A stretch of DNA of 64,000 nt from a virus. The stretch lies in IMG/VR virus record IMGVR_UViG_3300029258_002996. One strand, 5' to 3'. This document shows positions 37,301 to 45,334 of the stretch, piece after piece. Below the pieces are notes generated by a model. That model searched no databases and was not told the DNA's origin. It saw nothing but the letters and a program-made list of their open reading frames with translations. Within the stretch, counting starts at the first letter, position 1, and each line of letters starts with the position of its first letter. Made by a program: the position numbers and the translations under genes.

Positions 37301-37744
37301 CTATACGTGATCGCCCACGGTACGGCACACAAAAACCGCATTCAACGTCAGCGGTACGGCCTTGTTATTCTTCAGGTACAAGACGACCGGAAAGCCCTGC
37401 AAGGCACTGTCTGAGACCGATCTTCCCGCTGGTATGTTCTGGTTCGGAGGAAGAAGTGTTCCGTCTTCCCAAACCATGTCGCACAGCTCTGTACCGCCTG
37501 CGATAGCACCGCTTGCCTGAGATTTGCCCTTCAAGTGAGTAGAGCCCGATTTGAAAGGCTCCCCGGTCCAGCCGCCACCGTAGAAAACCTCCCAATCGAG
37601 GTTCCCCGCAGCAGTCGGGACTCCTCCATTGAGAAGCCAAATAGTCATATCTTTAAAAGGCTCACTCAAAGGAGCTGCCCAGATACGAGTAGCAGCACCT
37701 GCTGCAAGAGTTACGGTACGGACAGTTTCTTGGAAAGCTCCCAT
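37301..37744 (-). CDS. Putative virion protein, paralogue A
   Basis: Paralogue of 36836..37291. GAGGTG Shine-Dalgarno. Confidence 0.8.
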   Translation of the reverse strand: MGAFQETVRTVTLAAGAATRIWAAPLSEPFKDMTIWLLNGGVPTAAGNLDWEVFYGGGWTGEPFKSGSTHLKGKSQASGAIAGGTELCDMVWEDGTLLPPNQNIPAGRSVSDSALQGFPVVLYLKNNKAVPLTLNAVFVCRTVGDHV

Positions 37745-37783
37745 CGATCACCTCGTATAAGACGCAATGGTCCGTTTGGTATG

Positions 37784-37815
37784 AGAATACCATAAAACAA
37801 ATTCGGAAAGATAAA
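37784..37815 (-). promoter_or_regulatory. Putative late promoter (motif copy)
   Basis: TTTATCTTTCCG-N14-TATTCT, with TGG before the -10. Confidence 0.55.
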
Positions 37816-37826
37816 GAGACTCCGAT

Positions 37827-38657
37827 TTACTCGGGTGCGCCGTCGATTTTTGACTCCAGCTCTTTCTGCGCGAACTTCTTGACCGTCTTCCAGTAGCCTT
37901 TCCCCATCAGATACTCAAGATCGGCCCTCGTCAGCTCCATCGCCCGAAGCTCATCGAGCATCTGATTGGCGGACATCCTTTTGTCCTTCTCCACATCGTC
38001 GCCGACTTGCGCGCACAATCCGATCACCCGAGCAGTGACAATGTCGTCCGGCGATTGAGGAGCAGCAGCCTGCTCTTCCGTCAGTTCCTCGATAGTCCTG
38101 CGAGGCCCGGCGTCCTTGTTGGTGTACGCCTGCTTGTTCTGGATCGCGGCCTGTCCTTGGTGCGCCTCATCCATCTCGGTTTGCGCATCCGTACCTCGGC
38201 TCTTCGCCTTCTTTTCGTAGTAAGCGAGATACTCCTCCTCCTCCAGCAAGATCAACGCCGGAGGACGGCGATTGATCATCTTCCGAAAATCGGGAGAATC
38301 CTTGATCGCGCTGAAAGGCACCAACTGGGTGAGGTTGATTGGATCCGGGTTTCGTGGAATCAACACGGATTCGGTTCGACCCATTCCCATCTCGAACATC
38401 AGGGAAACCTGCGTATTCGACTTGTTCTGGACATACACATCATGCTCTTCCCTAAAGTACTTAGTGAAGTTCGTGATCGCCCCTGCTGCACTTGGCATAT
38501 TAGCCTCCTTTGGCTTTTCGATCAGTTGTATGGCGTAGGGGCGACGTCCCGCGACTCGCGCCCTACCCCGGTTCACCAGTTTCCGCGCCCTGGCGGGGTG
38601 GGTGGCCGACAAAATGGTTCCATCAGGTCCAAGGACTGGAACACGATTCGTCGACAC
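37827..38657 (-). CDS. Post-capsid protein with N-terminal PLMP/RRXRR (IscB-type) domain; internal start at 38498
   Basis: VPVLGPDGTILSATHPARARKLVNRGRARVAGRRPYAIQL matches the IscB N-terminal pattern. AAGGAGG-N5-ATG at Met54. Confidence 0.8.
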   Translation of the reverse strand: MSTNRVPVLGPDGTILSATHPARARKLVNRGRARVAGRRPYAIQLIEKPKEANMPSAAGAITNFTKYFREEHDVYVQNKSNTQVSLMFEMGMGRTESVLIPRNPDPINLTQLVPFSAIKDSPDFRKMINRRPPALILLEEEEYLAYYEKKAKSRGTDAQTEMDEAHQGQAAIQNKQAYTNKDAGPRRTIEELTEEQAAAPQSPDDIVTARVIGLCAQVGDDVEKDKRMSANQMLDELRAMELTRADLEYLMGKGYWKTVKKFAQKELESKIDGAPE

Positions 38658-38792
38658 ACCAACTATCCTCGTTGGGAATCAGAGCTTTCGCTCAATCTCC
38701 CGCCTACGCGGGGTTAAAGAGTCGGAGGGAAGGGGACGCTCAGCGTCCCCATACGAAGGCGTTACCGTCTTCGCCCCTCTTCCTCAGTTTTC
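38658..38792 (-). ncRNA. Candidate structured RNA element between the capsid and PLMP genes
   Basis: Four hairpins in 135 nt, two with GNRA loops (GUAA, GAAA) on the coding strand. No U-tract follows them. Confidence 0.45.
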
Positions 38793-40067
38793 CTACTTCG
38801 AGCCCTTGGCGCACGCACGCGCGTTCGGGATCACGAATCCGATCATCTCGACAAAGGCCCAGCCTTTCACCGTCTCCTGCTGCGCGTACTTGTTGTACGG
38901 CTCGGAGAACAGCTCGATCCTGACGCCCATCTCGCCCATGTATTCGGCTCCGGTCGTCGCGTAGAAGGTCCCTGCCGGGATCACTTCCTCGACACCGGTA
39001 CCGGCTGCGGTGAGGATCTGCGCGTTCAAGATATTGCCGATGTAACCGGCCAGGATCAGCTCACGCTCGGTGACCGGATCCACCGCAGCCGACATCGTCT
39101 TCACGACATCGGACAGCTCGGCACGAGAGATCAGGAAGTTCTCGACCATCAGACGATGGCGCTCGACCTGATACCGGACATCCTCGAAAGCGTTCAGGCC
39201 AAGAGAACCGAACGTGGTCACGGTATTCTCGGTCTGGGCAGCCTCGTCGATGATGGCGATACCGGCCTTGTCCTCCTGAAGCTCGATCTCCTGCCGCGCG
39301 GTGTCCTGAGCACGATCCAAGACATCGAAGTTCATCTGATAGATGTCCATGATGTCGATGGACGGGAAGCTCGTCACCTTCCACTCGGGCGGGGTGACCC
39401 ACTTCGTCTTGATCCTCGACTCGGGGGTCTGCCCGTCTTGGCCAACCACCCAGGCGACCGAACGGATATCCAGCGGCACGCGGAACAGCTCGGCCTGGGC
39501 CAGCTTGCGTACACGATAGATCTTCCGGGAGAAGCCTTCGTAGTCGAGAATCGCCTTGATCGGGAGCGCCAGCTCCTGACCGACGATGTGGAAGCCCTGA
39601 CCCGAGGGATCCTGGAGAGCCGCCGCCAAGATGTCCCGACGCGCTTCCTTCGAGATGCCCGACTCCGTGTCCGGACGGTAGAAGGAGAGCGCGTTGGCGT
39701 TCTGCTTCACCGTCTCGTTCAGGAGCTGATGCACCTGCGTCATCGCGTCGCGACGGTCGATGGCGTTGACCTCGCCTCTCGAATCAAACATGCGGCGATC
39801 CGAACGTCCGCGAGTCGCGTGGCGGCTCGACGGATGATCGTAACGCTGCGGGTTGAAGGTACCGTCGCCCTGGAACAGGGTTTCGTCCTTCTTCGATCCG
39901 AACCGACTCCTCGGACGTGCAGCGAGTCTGCGCCGCTCGTCCTTCGGAGCTTCTTTCCGAGCCTGTCGGGGAGCGGGACGCTTACCCCGGGTAGGCTCAC
40001 CTCGCCGAGCTGCCTTGGTGGGCACGGGACGGCGCTTCTTGGAAATCCTTTTGTACGGATTATTCAT
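38793..40067 (-). CDS. Major capsid protein (HK97 fold) with Arg-rich N-terminal extension
   Basis: GQELALPIKAILDYEGFSRK...QEIELQED...GWAFVEMIGFVIPN, downstream of protease, scaffold and decoration genes. Confidence 0.9.
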   Translation of the reverse strand: MNNPYKRISKKRRPVPTKAARRGEPTRGKRPAPRQARKEAPKDERRRLAARPRSRFGSKKDETLFQGDGTFNPQRYDHPSSRHATRGRSDRRMFDSRGEVNAIDRRDAMTQVHQLLNETVKQNANALSFYRPDTESGISKEARRDILAAALQDPSGQGFHIVGQELALPIKAILDYEGFSRKIYRVRKLAQAELFRVPLDIRSVAWVVGQDGQTPESRIKTKWVTPPEWKVTSFPSIDIMDIYQMNFDVLDRAQDTARQEIELQEDKAGIAIIDEAAQTENTVTTFGSLGLNAFEDVRYQVERHRLMVENFLISRAELSDVVKTMSAAVDPVTERELILAGYIGNILNAQILTAAGTGVEEVIPAGTFYATTGAEYMGEMGVRIELFSEPYNKYAQQETVKGWAFVEMIGFVIPNARACAKGSK

Positions 40068-40080
40068 GATGCACCTCCGC

Positions 40081-40848
40081 CTAGCTCAGCATTCCGCCGA
40101 CGTACCGCACGCCCAGGAAGGGGTCGTCCGCCGTGGGCACTTGGAACACGTTTCCGATGAATGCGCCGCCGCCACCCTTGGTGACGAGGCCCGACTTGGT
40201 GTTTCCCGAGGTCCCGGCGTTCAGAGCGTCGTTGACCGCGTAGGTTTGCGACGGGTCGTACTGGGTCGTGAAAATGATCGACCAGTCGTTGATGACTGTG
40301 ATCTTTCCGCCCTGCTGATCCACGTCGTTGATGAAGTTCCAGAAGTTGCGCCCCTCGAACTTCAGTTCGGCCTCAGTAACCTGGTACTGATAATCGACGC
40401 GGACGTAATCGCCATCGCCGATGGAACCGAGCGCCACACGGGTCACCTGACCGTTGGTGTAGTTCACCGTGTAGTCTGTCGTTTCTGCGTAAACCACCGT
40501 GCGGTCATCGTTGGTCACTCGAATTCCGCCCGAGGCACCCGGTACCCACAGATTCGCGTGGGCCAGGTTGGTTGCGGTGGTAGCGTTCAGTTGGATCCGC
40601 TCGCCTACGACTGCCGCGTACAACGTGTTGACCTTGTTGTACTTGGTAAACCCGAAGGGCTCCGTGCCGTCCGAAACGATGATCTCCTGACTGGAATTGA
40701 GCTGAACCAGCATTCCAGCCCGGAAGGTCGTCGCTGCGTTGGCAACGTAGATCCCCAGGTTGCGGGTGTAGACCGAGCGCATCAAATCAATTCCGATTGC
40801 TCGGGAACTGACCCTGAAGGCTTCCATGCGTGGTGAAAACAAGCTCAT
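40081..40848 (-). CDS. Head decoration/cement protein
   Basis: Directly upstream of the capsid gene. GKITVI...FTTQYD and IGNVFQVPTA, plus an inserted DYTVNYTNG domain. Confidence 0.6.
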   Translation of the reverse strand: MSLFSPRMEAFRVSSRAIGIDLMRSVYTRNLGIYVANAATTFRAGMLVQLNSSQEIIVSDGTEPFGFTKYNKVNTLYAAVVGERIQLNATTATNLAHANLWVPGASGGIRVTNDDRTVVYAETTDYTVNYTNGQVTRVALGSIGDGDYVRVDYQYQVTEAELKFEGRNFWNFINDVDQQGGKITVINDWSIIFTTQYDPSQTYAVNDALNAGTSGNTKSGLVTKGGGGAFIGNVFQVPTADDPFLGVRYVGGMLS

Positions 40849-40878
40849 GGTTTTCGCCTCCTAATGCGTCCTTGCCGC

Positions 40879-42801
40879 TTAGCTCAGAGTCCTCGCGCGC
40901 CCGAGCCTTTTCCCGAGCGCGGTACCTCCACTAAGAGCCTCACGGACTGTGTTGTTTGACATCCTTTTCGCGGGCATAGAGGTCGAGGATGCCCTCTTCG
41001 ATTTCGTAAAATTCCCCTCGGCGGCGTCCCTCCGAACTCGGGCGGAACGTCGATTCCGGGAACTTGACTTCGCGATATGTGAAACTTCGCCACCAACCGG
41101 AACGGGGGCGAGTTCTTTCAGATCGGCTTCCACATCGGTCAGGTAGTCATCACTCTTTTCGAGTAAATCAGCAGCTTTCGACAACAGTCGACCAACGAAC
41201 TGATCATGACCTTCAGATGCAATAAGCTCGGTAAGCTCGACTGCGGTTCCGAGATCCATCGAAGCGTACTTCTCGCCGCTCGAAAACGAAATGTCACCAG
41301 CAGTCAGCACGTCGACTACCGCAACCTTCATCGGATGCTCATCGTGATTGAGAGCCATCCGAGCTGCGGCAATCCGAATCGCTCGCGTGAATTTTCGAAT
41401 GAACGCTTCTTTCTCCGCCGCGATGTGTTTCTCCGCGCGCTTCTTGTAAAGATCGCGCAGATTTCTCGCAGTGGAGTGGCGAATGTCGTCATCAGCTTCA
41501 GAAAGAACGTCGTTCGAAGGTTTGGGCTCGGGGGCCTGCTCGTCGTTGACAGCTTCGTCCTGGGTATTTCCGGAGGGCTTGGTCGGCTGCCCGTCCTTCG
41601 TAACGTTCTCCGCCATTTCGAGAATATCCCTGCCACTCTTCGTCGCCTTGAATCTCGCCCGGGACTTGGCAAGAGCTTTCTTCTTTTCGCCCGATTTGAT
41701 CATGTCCGTCTTGACATCCGTAACGGTCGGCGGTTTCTCTCGGGTATCCACCTCGTTCCCCGGAAGAGACGAATCGGAATCGTCAGTGTGCTGCTCCTGC
41801 GCGTCAGTTTCGGAATCCGACAAAATACCCTCGGACTTCGGAGCGACTTCTTTGTCCGAATCCAGCTCGACACCTTCGTCCACGCCCGCAGTGCGGAGCA
41901 ATTTGGTATTGCAGAGCTGCGCAGCCACCTTGAAGCCTTTGTATACGGCGACGCCGTACACCTTGTTCGCCAATCTGCGAAGGGCTTCGAGATCCCGCTT
42001 GACCGCAGCATGCGGCTCCGCATAGAAAACAGGGCCGTAGTCTTCGTGCTGCGCGACTAGGTTCCTTTCGGGAGTGATTGCGATTTTGATTTTCTTCGCT
42101 CTAGCGGTAGCCATCAAATCTCCTGTCGTCACTTCGGCCTCCTCGACGCCCATTTCGGCAGCAGAGATCTCGGACTCTTCCTTTTCCTTTTTCTTGTCTT
42201 GAAGAGTTCGAATATCCTTTCTTCCACGCTCCTGATCCATTGCCCTGCGAATCAGCTCACGACGGGCTTCCTTCATCTCGTCCGGCTTTTCGCCGTTTTT
42301 CGTCTCGTCCTTCTCGTCCTTCTCGTCCTTTTTCCCAGGACCTTTTTTAGAGCCCTCTCCCAGACCTTTCTCCTTTTTCGGAGGAAATCCCGAGGGTGGG
42401 GTAACGCCCTTCAGATCGATGTCCTTCTTATCTCCCCCGTCTTCTTTTTCCTCGCTCTTCTCCTCGGAACGGAACTCCTGGGTCTTTCCCTCGATGTCCT
42501 CGATAATCTCCTCTTCACGCTCTTCGTGCCCCTCGCTCTCGATAATCCCCTTGTCCTTCAGAAAATCGGCGACATACGTGAAAGCTTCGTCAGCATCCTT
42601 GGCATCTCGGAGCTTCTCCAAGATTTCCTCGAACCCCTCCGGAGTCTTCATCGCGGTCTTATTGCGAATCGATCTTTTGATAAGATCCGCAGTTTCCGCC
42701 TCGATCTGACGACGCTCCTGCGGGGTCAGATCCACCGTCCCGGCATCGTGAAGATTTTTAACTGTGGTGAAAAGCTGGATTCTTTCGAGGGGATTGGCCA
42801 T
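40879..42801 (-). CDS. Putative scaffolding/prohead core protein
   Basis: Highly charged and low in complexity, between protease and capsid. Confidence 0.55.
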   Translation of the reverse strand: MANPLERIQLFTTVKNLHDAGTVDLTPQERRQIEAETADLIKRSIRNKTAMKTPEGFEEILEKLRDAKDADEAFTYVADFLKDKGIIESEGHEEREEEIIEDIEGKTQEFRSEEKSEEKEDGGDKKDIDLKGVTPPSGFPPKKEKGLGEGSKKGPGKKDEKDEKDETKNGEKPDEMKEARRELIRRAMDQERGRKDIRTLQDKKKEKEESEISAAEMGVEEAEVTTGDLMATARAKKIKIAITPERNLVAQHEDYGPVFYAEPHAAVKRDLEALRRLANKVYGVAVYKGFKVAAQLCNTKLLRTAGVDEGVELDSDKEVAPKSEGILSDSETDAQEQHTDDSDSSLPGNEVDTREKPPTVTDVKTDMIKSGEKKKALAKSRARFKATKSGRDILEMAENVTKDGQPTKPSGNTQDEAVNDEQAPEPKPSNDVLSEADDDIRHSTARNLRDLYKKRAEKHIAAEKEAFIRKFTRAIRIAAARMALNHDEHPMKVAVVDVLTAGDISFSSGEKYASMDLGTAVELTELIASEGHDQFVGRLLSKAADLLEKSDDYLTDVEADLKELAPVPVGGEVSHIAKSSSRNRRSARVRRDAAEGNFTKSKRASSTSMPAKRMSNNTVREALSGGTALGKRLGRARTLS

Positions 42802-42812
42802 CGGATCGTCTC

Positions 42813-43730
42813 CTAACCTTGCGTCATCGCTGAGTTAATCAGCTTCGCCAGCGACTCTGGAATCTCTTGGGGGAACCTTGCCACAAAGGAAGAAATCTCA
42901 CGGATATCCGAAGCTGTCAATCTATTTAAAGATATCGGATCTCGATCCGCGATCTGTAGAAGTCCCTCCTGGACTTCTGCGGACTTGTCAGCCGGATCGT
43001 CAACTCCGGACAGCTCGGCAAATATCGTGCCTAAGCACCATTCGAAAGCTCGCCGACGACCGCCCCCTTCAATGGGATAGGCGGTCTTTGCCAACTTGCC
43101 GCGAACGTGATCACAAAATTGGAAGGTGTTCGTAGCGACACGTTTGCAGATGGAACATTCGGTAGATTCGACATCGCAGCCCATCGAGAATCGGTAAACC
43201 GACCCCGTCTTGTAAGCTTCCGCGAGAGACGGATCCTTCGTGGTATCCATCGCAATGAGGCACTCTACAAACTCATCGTTGGTGGGAACCCGACCAGTTG
43301 CCTCGGACACGGCCTCCTTGACCAGGTCGTTCGCGGGATTCGCATCGTTGTAGTGAGTATCGAGCACTACGCCCCGAGAAAGGGCGTAGTTGGCGGAATT
43401 GTGATTCACGAAATGCGGCTTGAGAAGGTAGGTCTGGTACACCCTTCGAGCGACAGTGGGTTCGAACCGAAGCAGCTCGTCGCGCCGCCAAGCGTCCATA
43501 TTTTCGTTCGGGCGATCCGCTGAATTCGCCCGAACCGGGATGAGAATATAATCCTCCGGATCGCGAGAGATCAAGTAGGCATCCGCGACACTGTCGAGAG
43601 CGGCTTCGATATTGATCGAGCCGCCACCGTCCATGTAAAATGACGAGATCTTTTTCCGGGACGCCTTCTTCCACGATCCGTTCGACTGGAATCCCAAGAC
43701 AGGGAGATGTGCTGTTTTTCGAAAGCCCAT
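42813..43730 (-). CDS. Prohead maturation protease
   Basis: NENMDAW, PHFVNH, FSMGC...CSIC...CDH and ELSGVDDPAD. Confidence 0.8.
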   Translation of the reverse strand: MGFRKTAHLPVLGFQSNGSWKKASRKKISSFYMDGGGSINIEAALDSVADAYLISRDPEDYILIPVRANSADRPNENMDAWRRDELLRFEPTVARRVYQTYLLKPHFVNHNSANYALSRGVVLDTHYNDANPANDLVKEAVSEATGRVPTNDEFVECLIAMDTTKDPSLAEAYKTGSVYRFSMGCDVESTECSICKRVATNTFQFCDHVRGKLAKTAYPIEGGGRRRAFEWCLGTIFAELSGVDDPADKSAEVQEGLLQIADRDPISLNRLTASDIREISSFVARFPQEIPESLAKLINSAMTQG

Positions 43731-43764
43731 GATTTTGATACAATAATCCGTTCGTTAACTGGAT

Positions 43765-43796
43765 ATTATAGATCAATATTGTTTTGGAAAATTAAA
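43765..43796 (-). promoter_or_regulatory. Putative late promoter (motif copy, capsid operon)
   Basis: TTTAATTTTCCA-N14-TATAAT. Confidence 0.65.
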
Positions 43797-43811
43797 GAGG
43801 TTAAAAGATTT

Positions 43812-44132
43812 TTACGAGATCAGATATTCCCGGATCGCGGAATCCACTTCTGCGTGAATATTTTGAAGATTTCGGGATTCCCCCCGTTTCCACGGGCCAA
43901 CACATAGTTGATCAAGGACGATCTCAATCCACTCAAACTCGTGAGGACCTTGTCGATGAACTCGGACAGCGTCCTCCTCCCGAGAAAATTTGAGACTCGC
44001 CTTTGCGCATACAGCCTCGAAAGCTTTGCGGAAGGCTTCGCTGCGAGAGCGACAATAAAACGTTCCGTTTCGGTAGTCATGGACAACCACCGCCACCGGA
44101 GAATCGTTAGATTCTATCGGAAAATATCTCAC
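43812..44132 (-). CDS. Hypothetical protein
   Basis: GTGA overlap with the upstream small ORF. Confidence 0.6.
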   Translation of the reverse strand: MRYFPIESNDSPVAVVVHDYRNGTFYCRSRSEAFRKAFEAVCAKASLKFSREEDAVRVHRQGPHEFEWIEIVLDQLCVGPWKRGESRNLQNIHAEVDSAIREYLIS

Positions 44133-44239
44133 TTCTTCTTCGGCTTCTCTTCGGACTTTTTCTTGGATTTCTTACCGGTATCGACAGGGACCGGATCCTT
44201 CGCCAATGGCTTTGCTTCCCCAGTTTTCTTAAACGACAT
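44129..44239 (-). CDS. 36-aa Lys-rich peptide (MSFKKTGEAKPLAKDPVPVDTGKKSKKKSEEKPKKK)
   Basis: Absent from the ORF track. Fills the gap exactly and is coupled on both sides. Confidence 0.6.
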   Translation of the reverse strand: MSFKKTGEAKPLAKDPVPVDTGKKSKKKSEEKPKKK

Positions 44240-44241
44240 CT

Positions 44242-45315
44242 CTACTTCACCTTCTCCCCCGTTTTCAAATCCCAATAACTTCCGCGATGTTTTGCAACGC
44301 GCCGACCTGAGATAAAATACACGTCTTTTCCTTCGAGATCGGCCAAGGGGAGCGAACTCTCCCCAGTCTCTTCTCGAACAAATGCTTTCAAAAACTCCAC
44401 AGGACCGGCAAGATCCACATAGCTGTTATGGACGATGAGAATATCCTTGTTTTGAAAAGCTACGATTCCTTCCGTGTTTTCTCGTTTCACATCCATGTCA
44501 GACAGATACTTTGGAAGATTCGTAAACGTGATTTTCTTCACGCCAGTAGTCGCGACCTGATCAAAAATATTGCGCTTCATTTCTACGGGGACGTTCGACA
44601 TTTCAACGCCTTGATGAAGCGCTTTCGAAAGGTTCAGATGATCGCTCAACACCCCGTCGTAAAACTCCCGATGAATGATCGGGAACCACTGACACGAGCA
44701 GTACGGGTGGACCGGAAAATCTCCGCCACTGAATAGATTGATCAAAGGTCGAACTTCGAAGAACAGCCCGTGGTGAGCCTCGCAGAGCGGACAGCCGTCA
44801 GATGGGATAAACTTTGCGAACTGAATGCCCATGTTGTCATAGGCCATCAGCGTGGCAACACTGGAGATAGCGAAGTAATCGGTGAGCTTTCTCTGTAAGT
44901 AATCAACGACGTACAAATCATTATCATCTAAAATAAGATCCTCCTCACGAAGGGGGACATCCCCCATGAAGGAAGACTTGATATCCAGGAATCCAAAAAT
45001 ATCGAACGCAGCCTTCTTCGACAAAGAGAATAATTTAACAAAAGCTTCCTCGTCTCGAACATCTACCTTATCAAGAACGAAATCATTAAGATCATCCTCG
45101 GCTCGAATTTCGTCGTCATTTTCTTCGGGCTTTTCGCGCAGTGACTGAACCGTATTCACGTCCGTCAACTGCCATGCAGTTGAAGGTTTGTACGTAGTTG
45201 TCGCCAATTCCTCGGAAGCATGCCCCACAAAAAAGGGGTCGAACTCCAGGAGAGCTTCCTCGTTCGGAAAAGCATCGTAGAGCTTCTGAGCGTATTTTTC
45301 GATCTCGCTACCCAT
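44242..45315 (-). CDS. Head morphogenesis protein (Mu gpF/SPP1 gp7-like)
   Basis: DGCPLCEAHHG...PVHPYCSC motif, directly after the portal. Confidence 0.75.
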   Translation of the reverse strand: MGSEIEKYAQKLYDAFPNEEALLEFDPFFVGHASEELATTTYKPSTAWQLTDVNTVQSLREKPEENDDEIRAEDDLNDFVLDKVDVRDEEAFVKLFSLSKKAAFDIFGFLDIKSSFMGDVPLREEDLILDDNDLYVVDYLQRKLTDYFAISSVATLMAYDNMGIQFAKFIPSDGCPLCEAHHGLFFEVRPLINLFSGGDFPVHPYCSCQWFPIIHREFYDGVLSDHLNLSKALHQGVEMSNVPVEMKRNIFDQVATTGVKKITFTNLPKYLSDMDVKRENTEGIVAFQNKDILIVHNSYVDLAGPVEFLKAFVREETGESSLPLADLEGKDVYFISGRRVAKHRGSYWDLKTGEKVK

Positions 45316-45334
45316 GTCTCTATAATACCATTCC

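Noticed and set aside
37827-38657. Intact IscB/IsrB nuclease or IS200/605 element
   Set aside because: Only the PLMP-like segment is present. No RuvC or HNH motifs or TnpA are seen, and the upstream spacer is far shorter than a typical omegaRNA.
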